Shown here piece by piece: positions 53,494 through 64,000 of a stretch of 64,000 nt of DNA. Source of the stretch: an uncultured Chlamydiae bacterium. Its GTDB lineage: Bacteria > Chlamydiota > Chlamydiia > Chlamydiales > JAJFMA01. The notes under the pieces are model-generated. The model did not search any database, was not told where the DNA came from, and was given only the letters and a program-made list of their open reading frames with translations. Position numbers and translations under genes: made by a program. The stretch is from NCBI GenBank assembly GCA_963713615.1, contig CAVQMM010000001.1, positions 1,440,001 through 1,504,000 on the forward strand. The letters run 5' to 3'. Every line of letters starts with the position of its first letter. Positions within the stretch are counted from its first letter, which is position 1.

Positions 53494-54969
53494 ATGAATA
53501 GAAAAAGACTAACTTTAGCAATATGCAGCATGGTATTAGTCGGTTGTGGAAATTGTTCTAGCAAAGTCAGCTCAATTGTAGGAGATTGGTCGGGAGTTTT
53601 AGATGTCGGTATAGAAAAATTAACTTTAGCTCTTCATATTCAACAAAATCCTGATGGAGCATTGAGCGCAACTGTTGACACTTTGGGAAAAAAAATAAAC
53701 GGCTCTTTAATCGATTTAGTGACATTCGATAAGGGGTCGTTAAGATTCGAGATCAAGGAAGCTTTGACAAAATTTGAGGGGTCGTTAATTAAGAATGAAT
53801 CCGAAATTTCTGGTCAATGGACTCAAGCCGGGCAATCGTTCCTACTTGTATTTGAACGAGGTATAATATCCGTAGAAGCACCAAACCGCCCACAAGAACC
53901 TAAACTTCCACTTCCTTACACTGCAGAGCATGTTTCCTATAGTAATCCAGAGACTGGAGTTACTTTGTCTGGGACTTTGACTTTACCCGCCTCAAAAGGG
54001 CCTTTTCCAGTCGTTTTATTGATTGCCGGGTCAGGACGAATCGATAGAGATGAAACAGTATTTGGCCATAAACCCTTCTTAGTATTAGCAGATTATTTGA
54101 CTCGTCAAGGTATCGCTGTGCTTCGATTCGACAAACGTGGGTGTGGAAAATCAACAGGCAATTACGACCAAGCGACAACTCAAGACTTCTCTGATGACGT
54201 GCTTGCTGGTATTGCATATATTAAATCACGAAAAGAAGTGAATTCAAATCAAATCGGTCTGGTTGGTCATAGTGAAGGAGGGATTATTGCCCCTATGGTT
54301 GCAGCAAAATCAACAGATGTTGCTTTCATTGTACTTATGGCAGGAACTGGCGTAAATGGAGAAAAAATCCTCTATGAGCAGAGTGCATTGGTCCAACGAG
54401 CTGTGGGAGGGACAGAAGATTCTATTAATCAATGTCGAAAATTTCAAGAACAGATGTTCACACTAGTAAAAAAAGAATCAGATCCACAAATCGCTGCTGA
54501 ACAATTGCAAGAAATTGCTAAAAATTACATGGCGACGTTACCGGAAACTCAAGAAAAAGTAACTCTTGAATACTTAAAATCACTAGCAGCTCGTGTAAAT
54601 ACCAAGTGGTTTCGCTATTATCTCGCTTATGACCCGATTATCGCTTTGAAACAGGTGCGAGTTCCAGTATTAGCCCTCAATGGTGAACTTGATTTGCAAG
54701 TATCTTCCCAACAAAACCTTCCTGTTATTACTAAAGTACTAGAAGAATCTGGAATCAAAGACTTTACAACAATTGAACTGCCAAAGCTCAATCATTTCTT
54801 TCAGACATGTGAAACTGGATCTATCGCAGAATATGCAAAGATTGAAGAAACGATTTCTCCATCAGTTTTAAACTTGATTACTGAGTGGGTCTTGGAAAGA
54901 ACGGTCCAAGATAAGGGCGGTTCTTGTGAAGAATTGGAGGCGCTTTGGAAGTTTGATTCGTCTAATTGA
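53494..54969 (+). CDS. Exported alpha/beta hydrolase (lipoprotein-like)
   Basis: LVGC lipobox-like sequence, GSG..DRDE, GHSEGG, NGELDLQV, LNH.FQ motifs. Confidence 0.88.
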   Translation: MNRKRLTLAICSMVLVGCGNCSSKVSSIVGDWSGVLDVGIEKLTLALHIQQNPDGALSATVDTLGKKINGSLIDLVTFDKGSLRFEIKEALTKFEGSLIKNESEISGQWTQAGQSFLLVFERGIISVEAPNRPQEPKLPLPYTAEHVSYSNPETGVTLSGTLTLPASKGPFPVVLLIAGSGRIDRDETVFGHKPFLVLADYLTRQGIAVLRFDKRGCGKSTGNYDQATTQDFSDDVLAGIAYIKSRKEVNSNQIGLVGHSEGGIIAPMVAAKSTDVAFIVLMAGTGVNGEKILYEQSALVQRAVGGTEDSINQCRKFQEQMFTLVKKESDPQIAAEQLQEIAKNYMATLPETQEKVTLEYLKSLAARVNTKWFRYYLAYDPIIALKQVRVPVLALNGELDLQVSSQQNLPVITKVLEESGIKDFTTIELPKLNHFFQTCETGSIAEYAKIEETISPSVLNLITEWVLERTVQDKGGSCEELEALWKFDSSN

Positions 54970-55240
54970 GGTAATTGCATAAGTCCGGTAGACCGTTTTT
55001 TTGGCGCCTTTATCAATCTTCTGCAACTACCTCAATTAATCCAAAACGCTGTGGCGAATGACGATTATGACTCCAAAGTGCCCCCAATTCTTCCCAATTC
55101 CGATCCGTCCTCATATGCCGTAAGTTATTAAAGCAGGTACCAGGTACTTCCAATAGGAACCAGCTTGCTTTTAATCGCTACGATCCGATAAATTATATGT
55201 ATTGCTTTTCGTTAAATGTTTAATTTTAAATGGCGGATTT

Positions 55241-56254
55241 ATGATTCATTCAGAAAGAATTAATGTAGGTGACTATTTAGAGAGGATATGGTGTGGCATT
55301 AGGGATCTCAAGGCGCAACTCCAACAGGTTTCCGGTAGCCAAGAACAAATTCAACCAATCATCGTCAAGCTCAAAGATCAAAATAGTGAACTTCAGAACC
55401 AGCTTAGCCATCCCCACTTAATTAAAGACTGGCCACATGTCGTGAATCAATTGCGCGGAGAAATCGTGCAAATTCAGAAAGAAATTGAGGGACTTCCATT
55501 TGTTCGTGCTGATTACAATCCGGTTTCCTTTCGGACACAAGAACGTCTAAAACAAGATGTGCTAGATAAGTATAAACAAGAAAAATTTCAATATGTGAAT
55601 GATCCACGACTCTCATCTGATAGTTTATTCGAACTGCAACAAACCATTACTCTTTCAAAGGATACATTAAAGATAGAAGTTGATATGTTTGATGAAGGAA
55701 GAGTTGTACAAGTTTCAAACCCTCCTGTCTTTCTCTATACCGATTATCTTGGTCCTTGCGTAGCTGCAATTGGCAAATGTAAAGTATCAGAATCCTCAAT
55801 GCTAATAGGTATCACACATCTTTATCCTGAATATGAAGAATTTGATGATACGTTAAAACTTCAAGTGAACTTAATTCTAAACATTAATAACACCTGTAAA
55901 AATATAAACAAAAATAGAGTTATTCAAGAAAAACAGTTTACACCACGCAAGTTCATTAGTTTTATTGAAAAATTTTCATTACATACAAGTTATAAAGGTG
56001 AAGCAATTGAGCTGTTTTTTGCAGGAGGAAACGGGAACCTTTATGCTACTTTTTGGAGAGAACTAACTACTGAATACGCAAAAAGTCTTCCACGCGTGAC
56101 TGTGATCGGCACTTGCTTTAATCCTTATCGAGCTACACCCGAAATCCAAGCCAACATACGCTGCGAAAATTTGAGGCTGTCTTTTTTGGCTGGTATTACA
56201 AATTATGGCTCTATTTTTTTACATAAATCTCACGCTATCGATTTTAATTTTTAA
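55241..56254 (+). CDS. Hypothetical protein: coiled coil plus CheD-like cysteine motif
   Basis: LYTDYLGPCVAAIG...GITH...FAGG. Confidence 0.5.
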   Translation: MIHSERINVGDYLERIWCGIRDLKAQLQQVSGSQEQIQPIIVKLKDQNSELQNQLSHPHLIKDWPHVVNQLRGEIVQIQKEIEGLPFVRADYNPVSFRTQERLKQDVLDKYKQEKFQYVNDPRLSSDSLFELQQTITLSKDTLKIEVDMFDEGRVVQVSNPPVFLYTDYLGPCVAAIGKCKVSESSMLIGITHLYPEYEEFDDTLKLQVNLILNINNTCKNINKNRVIQEKQFTPRKFISFIEKFSLHTSYKGEAIELFFAGGNGNLYATFWRELTTEYAKSLPRVTVIGTCFNPYRATPEIQANIRCENLRLSFLAGITNYGSIFLHKSHAIDFNF

Positions 56255-56538
56255 GTATCTAATTTTGATTCCTTATTCAACGAATAATGAAAACCAAGTT
56301 TCTTGCTGAAGAGTTCCAAACTAGAGTTATGTGTATCTATTTTGCCTTGTCTGTAGCCATTTAGACCGAAAAAGGCCTCGAGTTACGGGTGCGTTACGAA
56401 CTTTGGAGTGGACTGGCCTTTCAAGAAATACAACAGTCGAAGAGATGTAATCCATCTCGAATTGACGAATTCTGGCACAATCCCCTTGACAACATCAATT
56501 TTATTATTGATAGTGGTTCGTTCGTGGAGGATTCAACT

Positions 56539-58272
56539 ATGAAAATCAAAACCATTTCTATCACACTTGCATTATTAACTGCTGTAGCCAACCTTTGTTG
56601 CGATACTCCTTATCGATGCAAAATGTCAGGGAACAAACTAGAAGCAGATGTTATAGTAGTGGGTGGTGGTGCAGCAGGTTGCGTGGTGATGAACCAGCTG
56701 TCAAAGAGGGGTCGCTTTTCCGTATTAGGAATAGAGGGTGGTCTAAATTTAACAACTGATCCAGCCATTGAGGCTGTAGGTCTTCCTGCATTGCTCTTGG
56801 CTGGAACAGGAAGGTACAAGTATTTTTGGCCAGGATGGAATCAAACCGTACCCATGCCAGGGCTCAATGGACGCACAAGTGATTGGACCACGGGAATGAT
56901 CTTGGGGGGTGGTTCATCGATTAACGGATTATACTATGGTCGTGGCTCGAATGCTGTGTACTCGCTTTGGGAAGAAGTTTCTGGCAGCAGTAATTGGAGT
57001 CTGACCAAAATTCTGGCAACCTTCAACGCTCTAGAGACATACCAAGGATTGACATTCACACCAGGATCGCGAGGGACCAGAGGTGCTGTCAATGTGCTAC
57101 AAACACCTACATTGTCTCAAATAACAACAAACGTACTCTTACCTGCGTCACAAGCAGCGTTTCCTGGAATTCCAACTGTGGATGACTATAATAATCCGAC
57201 TGTGGAGAATTGCATAGACTCTCGTGCTCAATGGTTTATTGACCCAACAGGCACCCAACGCGTGAGTAGCGCGACAGCATTTTTAAATAGCACAGTGATG
57301 ACGCCGGAAGGTCAAGGAGTTAACGGACATAAGCTATTTATGCTCTTTGACGCCGTAGCTGTGAAGATAGTCTTTAACAAGCATGGGCGTGCGGAAAAAG
57401 TACAATATATTCAGGATGGTCAACTCTTTGAAGCACGAGCTCGGAAAGGCGTTGTTTTGGCAGGTGGCATCAACAGTAGCAAATTGCTACAGCTTTCGGG
57501 CATAGGTCCATCGGAAGCGCTACAGAATGCAGGGATTAAGCCCGTTTTCATCAATGAGAACGTGGGAAAACATCTCCAAAACCATCCGCTGATCTTCATT
57601 ACGCTGCTAGCAGATCCCTCAAGTAATGGCATACCTCCTGGAGCTCCCTATGCATTTACTATCAATAGTGTCTACTTGCCAGCGGTGGGCGGTAGTGCCA
57701 GCGACCCACGAATGTTACAGATTTTGTTCGAATACATCCCGGGTACTGTACAGACACCTCCTCTAGTACTCATTGGATTTGAGCTTTTGAACCCACTGAG
57801 CGAGGGTAGCGTTACCATCCAAAGTGACAACTCATTTCAAATAGCGGCGGCAGACGATGGCTTTTACCAAAATCCTGTAGATCTGGAGAACATGAAGAAC
57901 GCCGTTAAGGTCTATATTCGCAATCTGTTAGAGCAACTAGCCTTGATTGATCCTCCTTACTATCAACCTATTATTACAGACCCCATCAATGCGGTCATCC
58001 TTTCAGGCTATGACGACGCAGTGGTTGAACAGTACGTGAAAAATAACAGCAATCTTTCATTAGATGTACACCACTTTACATCGCACTGTAAAATGGCTCC
58101 TCTGAACGCCGGAGGCGTGGTCGATGGCGACACCCGTGTTTATGGCACAAAGAACGTCTATGTGGTGGACAACTCCATCTGCCCGGTAATTCCCGATATC
58201 AATACAGCAGCAGCAGCTATGATGATAGGGTTACGAAGTAGCGAAATTCTGAAACGTGCCTTGCGCAAATGA
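56539..58272 (+). CDS. GMC-family oxidoreductase, exported
   Basis: VVGGGAAG, G.ILGGGSSING, S.KLLQLSGIG, VGKHLQNHP, GVVD...RV.G motifs. Confidence 0.92.
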   Translation: MKIKTISITLALLTAVANLCCDTPYRCKMSGNKLEADVIVVGGGAAGCVVMNQLSKRGRFSVLGIEGGLNLTTDPAIEAVGLPALLLAGTGRYKYFWPGWNQTVPMPGLNGRTSDWTTGMILGGGSSINGLYYGRGSNAVYSLWEEVSGSSNWSLTKILATFNALETYQGLTFTPGSRGTRGAVNVLQTPTLSQITTNVLLPASQAAFPGIPTVDDYNNPTVENCIDSRAQWFIDPTGTQRVSSATAFLNSTVMTPEGQGVNGHKLFMLFDAVAVKIVFNKHGRAEKVQYIQDGQLFEARARKGVVLAGGINSSKLLQLSGIGPSEALQNAGIKPVFINENVGKHLQNHPLIFITLLADPSSNGIPPGAPYAFTINSVYLPAVGGSASDPRMLQILFEYIPGTVQTPPLVLIGFELLNPLSEGSVTIQSDNSFQIAAADDGFYQNPVDLENMKNAVKVYIRNLLEQLALIDPPYYQPIITDPINAVILSGYDDAVVEQYVKNNSNLSLDVHHFTSHCKMAPLNAGGVVDGDTRVYGTKNVYVVDNSICPVIPDINTAAAAMMIGLRSSEILKRALRK

Positions 58273-58934
58273 AAAAAAATCACAATAAGATCGTCAACAT
58301 GAAAAAAAGTATTCTTCCACTTATCATGTCATTTTTATTTTTCATGGCAGCTAATGCACAAGGTGTAGTAAAGCGTGATGACAACTTCTTCTGTTATGAA
58401 GACTCCTGCTATGTTGATGAGACGAATGTCTATGCTAAGATTTTCAGCGGTGCTAACTTCTTGCAAAACACGACAATCGAAAACACCAAAACCACATATG
58501 AGACAGGGTATGTTATTGCCGCTTCTTTGGGGTATTATTTGCCTTGTGGTTTGAGCTTGGAAGCTGAATATGCTTTTAGAGAAGATGAGATAAGGCAAAT
58601 CGATTTCTTTGGACAAGGCTTTTCCAATAATGGATATTTCCAAACTTCCTCGTGTATGGTCAACCTATGTTCATGGGGATGTCTATTTGGGAATATCAAA
58701 TCTTTCATTGGCGCAGGCATAGGCTGTGATTTCCAAAAAATGCACTCCTCAAATTCTCGTATTGTTTTTGACCAAGAGTGGAACTATTTTTCTTGGCAGG
58801 CGATGACTGGGTTAGTCTATCCAGTCTCCTGCAATACAGAGGCTACTTTGGAATACAAATTCCATCAGGGAGGCTATTTTAATAACCACTCCATCGGAGT
58901 TGGGCTCGTATATAACTTAGACTTCCTAAGGTAG
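58269..58934 (+). CDS. Outer-membrane beta-barrel protein
   Basis: Signal peptide, amphipathic strands (LEAEYAFR, FIGAGIG, WQAM.GL.Y) and C-terminal GL.Y. Confidence 0.75.
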   Translation: MKKNHNKIVNMKKSILPLIMSFLFFMAANAQGVVKRDDNFFCYEDSCYVDETNVYAKIFSGANFLQNTTIENTKTTYETGYVIAASLGYYLPCGLSLEAEYAFREDEIRQIDFFGQGFSNNGYFQTSSCMVNLCSWGCLFGNIKSFIGAGIGCDFQKMHSSNSRIVFDQEWNYFSWQAMTGLVYPVSCNTEATLEYKFHQGGYFNNHSIGVGLVYNLDFLR

Positions 58935-59001
58935 TGCTAAGAGGATAAATCAAAAAAAAGAGTCTAATATTTCGACCATATAATCTACATAGATTTCATA
59001 G

Positions 59002-60227
59002 GTACGTCCTTAAAAAACTATGGCGCTGGCGCGCCACAGCTTTTCAATGTTTTTTAAGTTTCTCCTCAGCATCATGATGTTTAAATTTTGATTGATATTA
59101 GAAGTTCAATCGTAGATACTCTCTCAGTATGAATCTCGAGAATCTCCTCTCTGCATTTCCAGCCGAGGTACGTGAATCAGCCTCCATGAAAGGTTTGGTA
59201 GTTCTTATCCAAACCCTTCTTGAGCAGCTTCAGATTACCCAAGAGCAGCTGACAAAGTCCCAAGAGAAAATTAAAACACTAGAAGATGAGCTGGCAAAGC
59301 TAAGAAAAACACCAAAACGTCCAAAGTTTCGTTCTAATGGAATGCAACCCAGGGATCGAAGCAATGGTTCTGGCGGTCCTTCAAATTCGGTACCTCCTTC
59401 AGATGGCGCTTCTCTGGCAAAAAAAGAGATCTCGGAAATCATAATTACCGCTCTAAATGTTGCAGCAGGCTCCTGATTCAAGGGATATCAGTCATTTGTT
59501 ATTCAAGATCTTGCCCTTGTGGCCAAGGAAATCACCTATAAGTTAGAAGTTTGGCAATCCCCAAATGGCGAAGTTTTCAGAGGTAAGCTTCCAAGCGAAT
59601 TGGAAGGTCAGCATTTTGGGTCAACATTGCCCTCTTTGATCATGCTGGGTGCTGGGTACATATGGAACGTCCTTTGCGCAAAATCATCTGCACAAACGAT
59701 CAAGTGGAGCAGGAACTAAAACAAGTGCGCAATGCCATCTGGACGCTTTATCGCGCTCTTAAAAAAGCAGCCTTAGATCAAAGCGACAATGAAGCCGTGC
59801 ATAAACTATACGACGAGCTTGTCATGATGAAAACAATAAGTCCTGAGATTAATGCGGTTATAGCAAACTTTGCAGCCTATCGTGACGAGATGCTCAAGGC
59901 ATTAGACCATCCAGGTCTTCCCTTACATAACAATGACAGCGAGCGGGATATACGAAGCGTAGCTAAGCGACGAAACATTTCAGGAAGCACCAAAAGTGAT
60001 CTGGGAAGAAAATTTCGAGATGGCCTATTAAGCGTGAAACAAACGTGTTTTAGGCTTGGATATAACTTTTGGGATTATTTGCAGCGATTGTACCATGGTG
60101 ATCCTCCAGATCTTGCTGAACTAGTCCGAAGTCAATATCGAACCTCACCCTGTTAGATGAACGTTTTCTATGTTTTTTTCCTTAGAAAGCTGCGGCGCGT
60201 CAGCGCCATAGCTTTTTAAGGACTTAC
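59002..60227 (+). mobile_element. Degenerate IS66-family element (fragmented transposase 59129-60156)
   Basis: About 40-bp TIRs beginning GTA[CA]GTCCTTAAAAA; PLHNNDSERDIR motif; internal stop and deletion; no TSD seen. Confidence 0.8.
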
Positions 60228-60464
60228 GATAATTGTGTGTATCTGAGTGGAGGGGTGCGCGTTCTGAGGGATCTCAATAGCTGGGAAGTGGTTAATGGCA
60301 TGAGTAGTGAAAGAGTTAATACCAGGAAATTTTTTGAGGTCCATAGTTGGGGAAACATCAATTAATGGGGGAATATAATTATATTTTTGGCTTCTGTCGG
60401 GAAATAGATTCATATCGAATAGCTCTCGTTATAATAATTGATTGTTTAATTTCGTATAGTTATA

Positions 60465-61680
60465 TCAAGTAAACACCACATCATCTGGGATTTCGACAAA
60501 CTGGCTGATAAAGGCCAGATTTTTCGATTCCTTGGGAACCGGAAGAAGGTGGTCACCACTGTTGCGTGGCATGAACATGCTGGTGATATAAGGCATTCTG
60601 CACGGTATGCAGTTTGCCCTCTCAAAGGTTGCCGGATCGAAGCGCAAATGTCCGCATAGTTCCCGCAGAATTTCTTCGCCATTGCAATCGGACATAGGTT
60701 TGGCGACAAAATTGCCGATCCGGTCGGGAGACAACGCATAACCCCAGAATAACTGTACGCCTTCAGGCTGATTCAGAAAGTGTGGTTGATGATGCAACAC
60801 AATCGACATAAACCAATTCGAATCCTTAAATGTAACCAAGCCACCGGTACCAGGCTTGTTGCCGCTGAATTGAATCATTTGATCGAAGAACGTAGGGTCT
60901 TTCAACGTAACAGTAAAAGACTCCCAAAAGGATTGCGCGATGTTGCTATTGAATACAGCTGGGTTGCCGAATTTCGGCCTGTTCTTCGCTATTTTTTCCC
61001 ACAATTCCCAACCATGGCTGTCTTTTTTAGAAAGCTTCACAGGCGCGCTGGCCATCGACCCTAGGCTGGAGGCATCAGTCATCGAGCCGTTTTGGAAAAA
61101 GACAAGATCGCCATCGGGGATGTCAATCACCTCGCGCCTGCCTTGAGATAGCGTTTGAATTCAACAGCACTATGCCAGGGTTGGAAGGCAAAGGTGGTTG
61201 CCCACATATACCAAAATTCCGTCTCGAAAAAGGAGGGCGACAGCCAATCCGTGATTCGGCTTGCACCTAAAAAGTCTTCGTTAGCATTGCTAAGCTTGAG
61301 CAATTCGATCCGATCCAGCATCGAAAAACCCATCGAACTAACTGGTACCTTGGCGCGACGCTCGTCAACCAGTCGCGCCATTGAATTGGAAGCATATTCG
61401 GTATTGAATTCGAGGGTTTCATCATATACGGTTTTACCCTTGTTGTGGAGGGATGGAATCGATTTAAAAAGATCCCACGTGCATTCGTAATTATCGTAGG
61501 TTAGCATGCGACCACCGCGCATCGAGTATCCCTTATCTGAATCTCCGGCGGCATCTAAGCTACCACCCAGAACGGGCAGCGTTTCGAGGATTGATATATT
61601 CTTACCATCCATCTTCCCGTCGCGAATCATAAAAGCAGCGGCTGCCAATGAGCCAATACCACCAACCTACCAGATATGCT
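60465..61680 (-). pseudogene. Oleate hydratase (MCRA family) remnant
   Basis: GGSLD, YSMRGGRM, FAFQPWHSA.EF.RYL, GGLVTFKDSNW, MPYITS.FMPR, QFVEIPDDVVFT; internal and terminal deletions. Confidence 0.85.
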
Positions 61681-61824
61681 TTGATAGTCTTGTTCATTTG
61701 AATTGCCTCCTTGTAAGGATAATGAAGGGGCCGGAGCTGCGATGTGCGATTCTGGGGCTAGATTCTAATTAGGAACCTCAACCGACTACGTCGCCAACGT
61801 TTGTTTTGCACGTCTCCATAATTG

Positions 61825-61984
61825 GGCCTTGTTCACCTTTACGGTCAGAATTTCGGTCGGACGAAAAAGGTCGGATGTCGTGGTTTGTGACGAGGGCATA
61901 GCGCCAGCTATGTCCGAGGAGCAAAACGCGACAGACGATCCTTTTGCAGTCGACCGAAAACTGACCGCAAAGGTGAATAAGGCC
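61825..61984. mobile_element. 160-bp MITE, copy 1
   Basis: TIRs GGCCTT[GA]TTCACCTTT[AG]CGGTCAG; 8-bp TSD CATAATTG. Confidence 0.9.
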
Positions 61985-62485
61985 CATAATTGCAATGGAT
62001 TGTTCGCAGTCATGGAATGTTCATGGAATGACTGCGCCACATAGGAGGCCTTGTTACTTTCGGATATTGGCGACGCAGTCGGTTGGGGCTCCAAAGCGCT
62101 TCGCGCCGAGTTTTGGGTTTGACATAGAAAACTTGACAGACTTTATGTCAATGTTTTATTTTACTTTTAGCGCATGGGAGAAGCCCATTTTGGCTTTGTA
62201 AAATTTCAATTTTTCTATTCTCTGTCTATTTTACCTCGCCCTAGGGGTGATTGGACGCATTCAGAATGTGTGCAACACGAAGTCGCAGAGGAATTGTCTC
62301 TTTCATGAGACAACTCCTACCGCGGGAATTAATCAGGAGCCTGAATAAAGCAACGGATCTGCAAAAAAACAAGATTTTTTAAAGAAAGTGATTAACCTGA
62401 GTTTTTGATTTTTTCGATTTTAGCTTGAGTGAAAGCTCTTGTGATGACAAAATCACAAAATTCATCTCGTTACATGGGGTAAATT

Positions 62486-63049
62486 ATGTTTAAACAAGGT
62501 ATTGGTATAGAACAGCTCAATTTCATAAAGAAAAGTTACGTGAAACTTTTCCTATTGTTATGCGTTTGTTTTATCTATCAGCCGCACACTCTCTATAGTG
62601 GTCAGACCCAAGCATTAATATATTATCTGAACATCTCAGACTTTGCAGATAGTTTTATTGAAATACCAACATCTAATGTGTCAATTGGAAGTTCTACAAT
62701 AAGTTCAACATATCTTGCCGGAAGAGCAGCGGTTTATGATAGTAATAATGTAAAGGTTGGAACATGTTCTGCTTCGTTTTTATGCATGCAAAATGCGGAT
62801 GGAATCTATACAGATATATCAAATTATTTTTCTGTTGATAGTGGATTAATAGTGTCATGGTTTACTCCTACAACATTGATAAATTTAGAATTAGATACTA
62901 TTATAAATTCCATGGTAACTGAATGCATGGTGCTGGCATCAACACAGGTTGGTGTTAATCCTTTTTATGGACAGACCTTTGACTTAATTGTTTCATCGGA
63001 TAGCCAAAAAATCTATTTTGCATTTACAAGAACAGGAACGATTTTCTGA
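62486..63049 (+). CDS. Exported hypothetical protein
   Basis: 187-aa AT-rich ORF with hydrophobic N-terminal segment. Confidence 0.6.
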   Translation: MFKQGIGIEQLNFIKKSYVKLFLLLCVCFIYQPHTLYSGQTQALIYYLNISDFADSFIEIPTSNVSIGSSTISSTYLAGRAAVYDSNNVKVGTCSASFLCMQNADGIYTDISNYFSVDSGLIVSWFTPTTLINLELDTIINSMVTECMVLASTQVGVNPFYGQTFDLIVSSDSQKIYFAFTRTGTIF

Positions 63050-63130
63050 ATTTGGACGTTAGTTGATTCAAATTCAAAGATGCCTCTTGGGAAGGATTGG
63101 GGACGCTTTGGAATCACAATCGCAACTCGG

Positions 63131-63290
63131 GGCCTTATTCACCTTTGCGGTCAGTTTTCGGTCGACTGCAAAAGGATCGTCTGTCGCGTTTTGCTCCTCG
63201 GACATAGCTGGCGCTATGCCCTCGTCACAAACCACGACATCCGACCTTTTTCGTCCGACCGAAATTCTGACCGTAAAGGTGAACAAGGCC
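63131..63290. mobile_element. 160-bp MITE, copy 2 (inverted relative to copy 1)
   Basis: Reverse complement of 61825-61984; own 8-bp TSD CAACTCGG. Confidence 0.9.
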
Positions 63291-63370
63291 CAACTCGGCG
63301 CGAAGCGCTTTGGGCTATGGACGAAATGGACTAATTGAGGTAATTGCAGAAGTCCGATTCTCCGAAATCA

Positions 63371-64000
63371 ATTTCCTGAAAATCGGATGCCGGTGAAGAG
63401 AGAGTCATTCCCTTCCCAGGCCCGCCCGAAGGGTCGATATTGCAACAGGCCATGGCATCGCCACATAGGCCTCAACCTAACAGGTCTTTTGAGCTTATAT
63501 CTCAATGACTTAGGACTTCACAATCGTATCTCGGCGCGCAGCGCTTTGGAGTGCGGTCGCTTGCGACCGCTTTTCGTTCCTTGGGACGGCAATGCTAAAC
63601 GGCATTGTATGGATTCGTCGAAGGCTGCATGTACTAACTATTTTACCCTTAGGGAATTATAGTGATGCCGTTGCACACGACCGTCGCAAGGAACCCAAAG
63701 CGGTCGCAAGCGACCGCACTCCAAAGCGCTGCGCGCCGAGATACGATTGTTAGGCTTAGGTTGAGGCCTATGTGGCATCGCCATGGTATATGCCAAAACG
63801 GTTTTAGCAGCCTGTAGGGCTGCCATAAAGCGCATGCATAAATGGTGTTTGTAAACTGGCGTCTTGTAGCAGTCCTTCAGACTGCGAAATCCCTTCCTGG
63901 CATATACCATGGCGATGCCATGGCCTGTTGCAATATCGACCCTTCGGGCCTGGGAAGGGAATGGATTCTCTCTCTTTGCCGGCATTCGAGTTTCGGAAAT
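63371..64000. repeat. Nested inverted-repeat mosaic including a GGAG-type REP doublet
   Basis: Pairs 63371-63463/63910-64000, 63461-63480/63756-63775, 63520-63590/63680-63750 and 63773-63795/63898-63920. Confidence 0.8.

Noticed and set aside
61825..63290. Composite transposon bounded by the two 160-bp elements
   Set aside because: Each copy has its own distinct 8-bp TSD, so they are independent insertions
61778..63985. Paired small ORFs with identical peptides
   Set aside because: They arise from the MITE copies and inverted repeats; no coding evidence

Overview
Almost entirely accessory DNA, probably from a host-associated bacterium (inferred only from an Npt/TLC-family nucleotide transporter). 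The first 30 kb are two tandem genomic islands, each ending in the same 42-bp 3' fragment of a CAT-anticodon tRNA (Ile2-like; 10498-10539 and 29929-29970). Island 1 carries a split primase/DUF3987 replication module and an NgoAVII/CglI-type restriction-modification locus with Vsr. Island 2 carries a decayed integrase/excisionase/replication core, several IS elements and cargo genes. The rest is a mosaic of toxin-antitoxin genes, DUF3800 with a downstream structured RNA, a frameshift-rich glgC-HAD-ackA-xfp-fba-tpiA-H+-ATPase cluster, ISL3 and IS66 elements, and enzyme or effector-like genes. The most striking signal is a REP-associated tyrosine transposase (RAYT, 25781-26737) with two sister REP families, GCT[AG]GGGGTCA-NNNN-TGAC. 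These REPs form stuttered arrays with a fixed 5' end and variable 3' truncation, and they sit at many of the gene breakpoints in the window. They also flank a tandem partial copy and an internally deleted copy of the RAYT gene itself. One family is hit three times at the same base by an unclassified Mutator-like IS/MITE family (9-bp target duplication), and one of those MITEs contains an IS21 with 205-bp inverted repeats. All family assignments come from reading motifs by eye; no database search was run.
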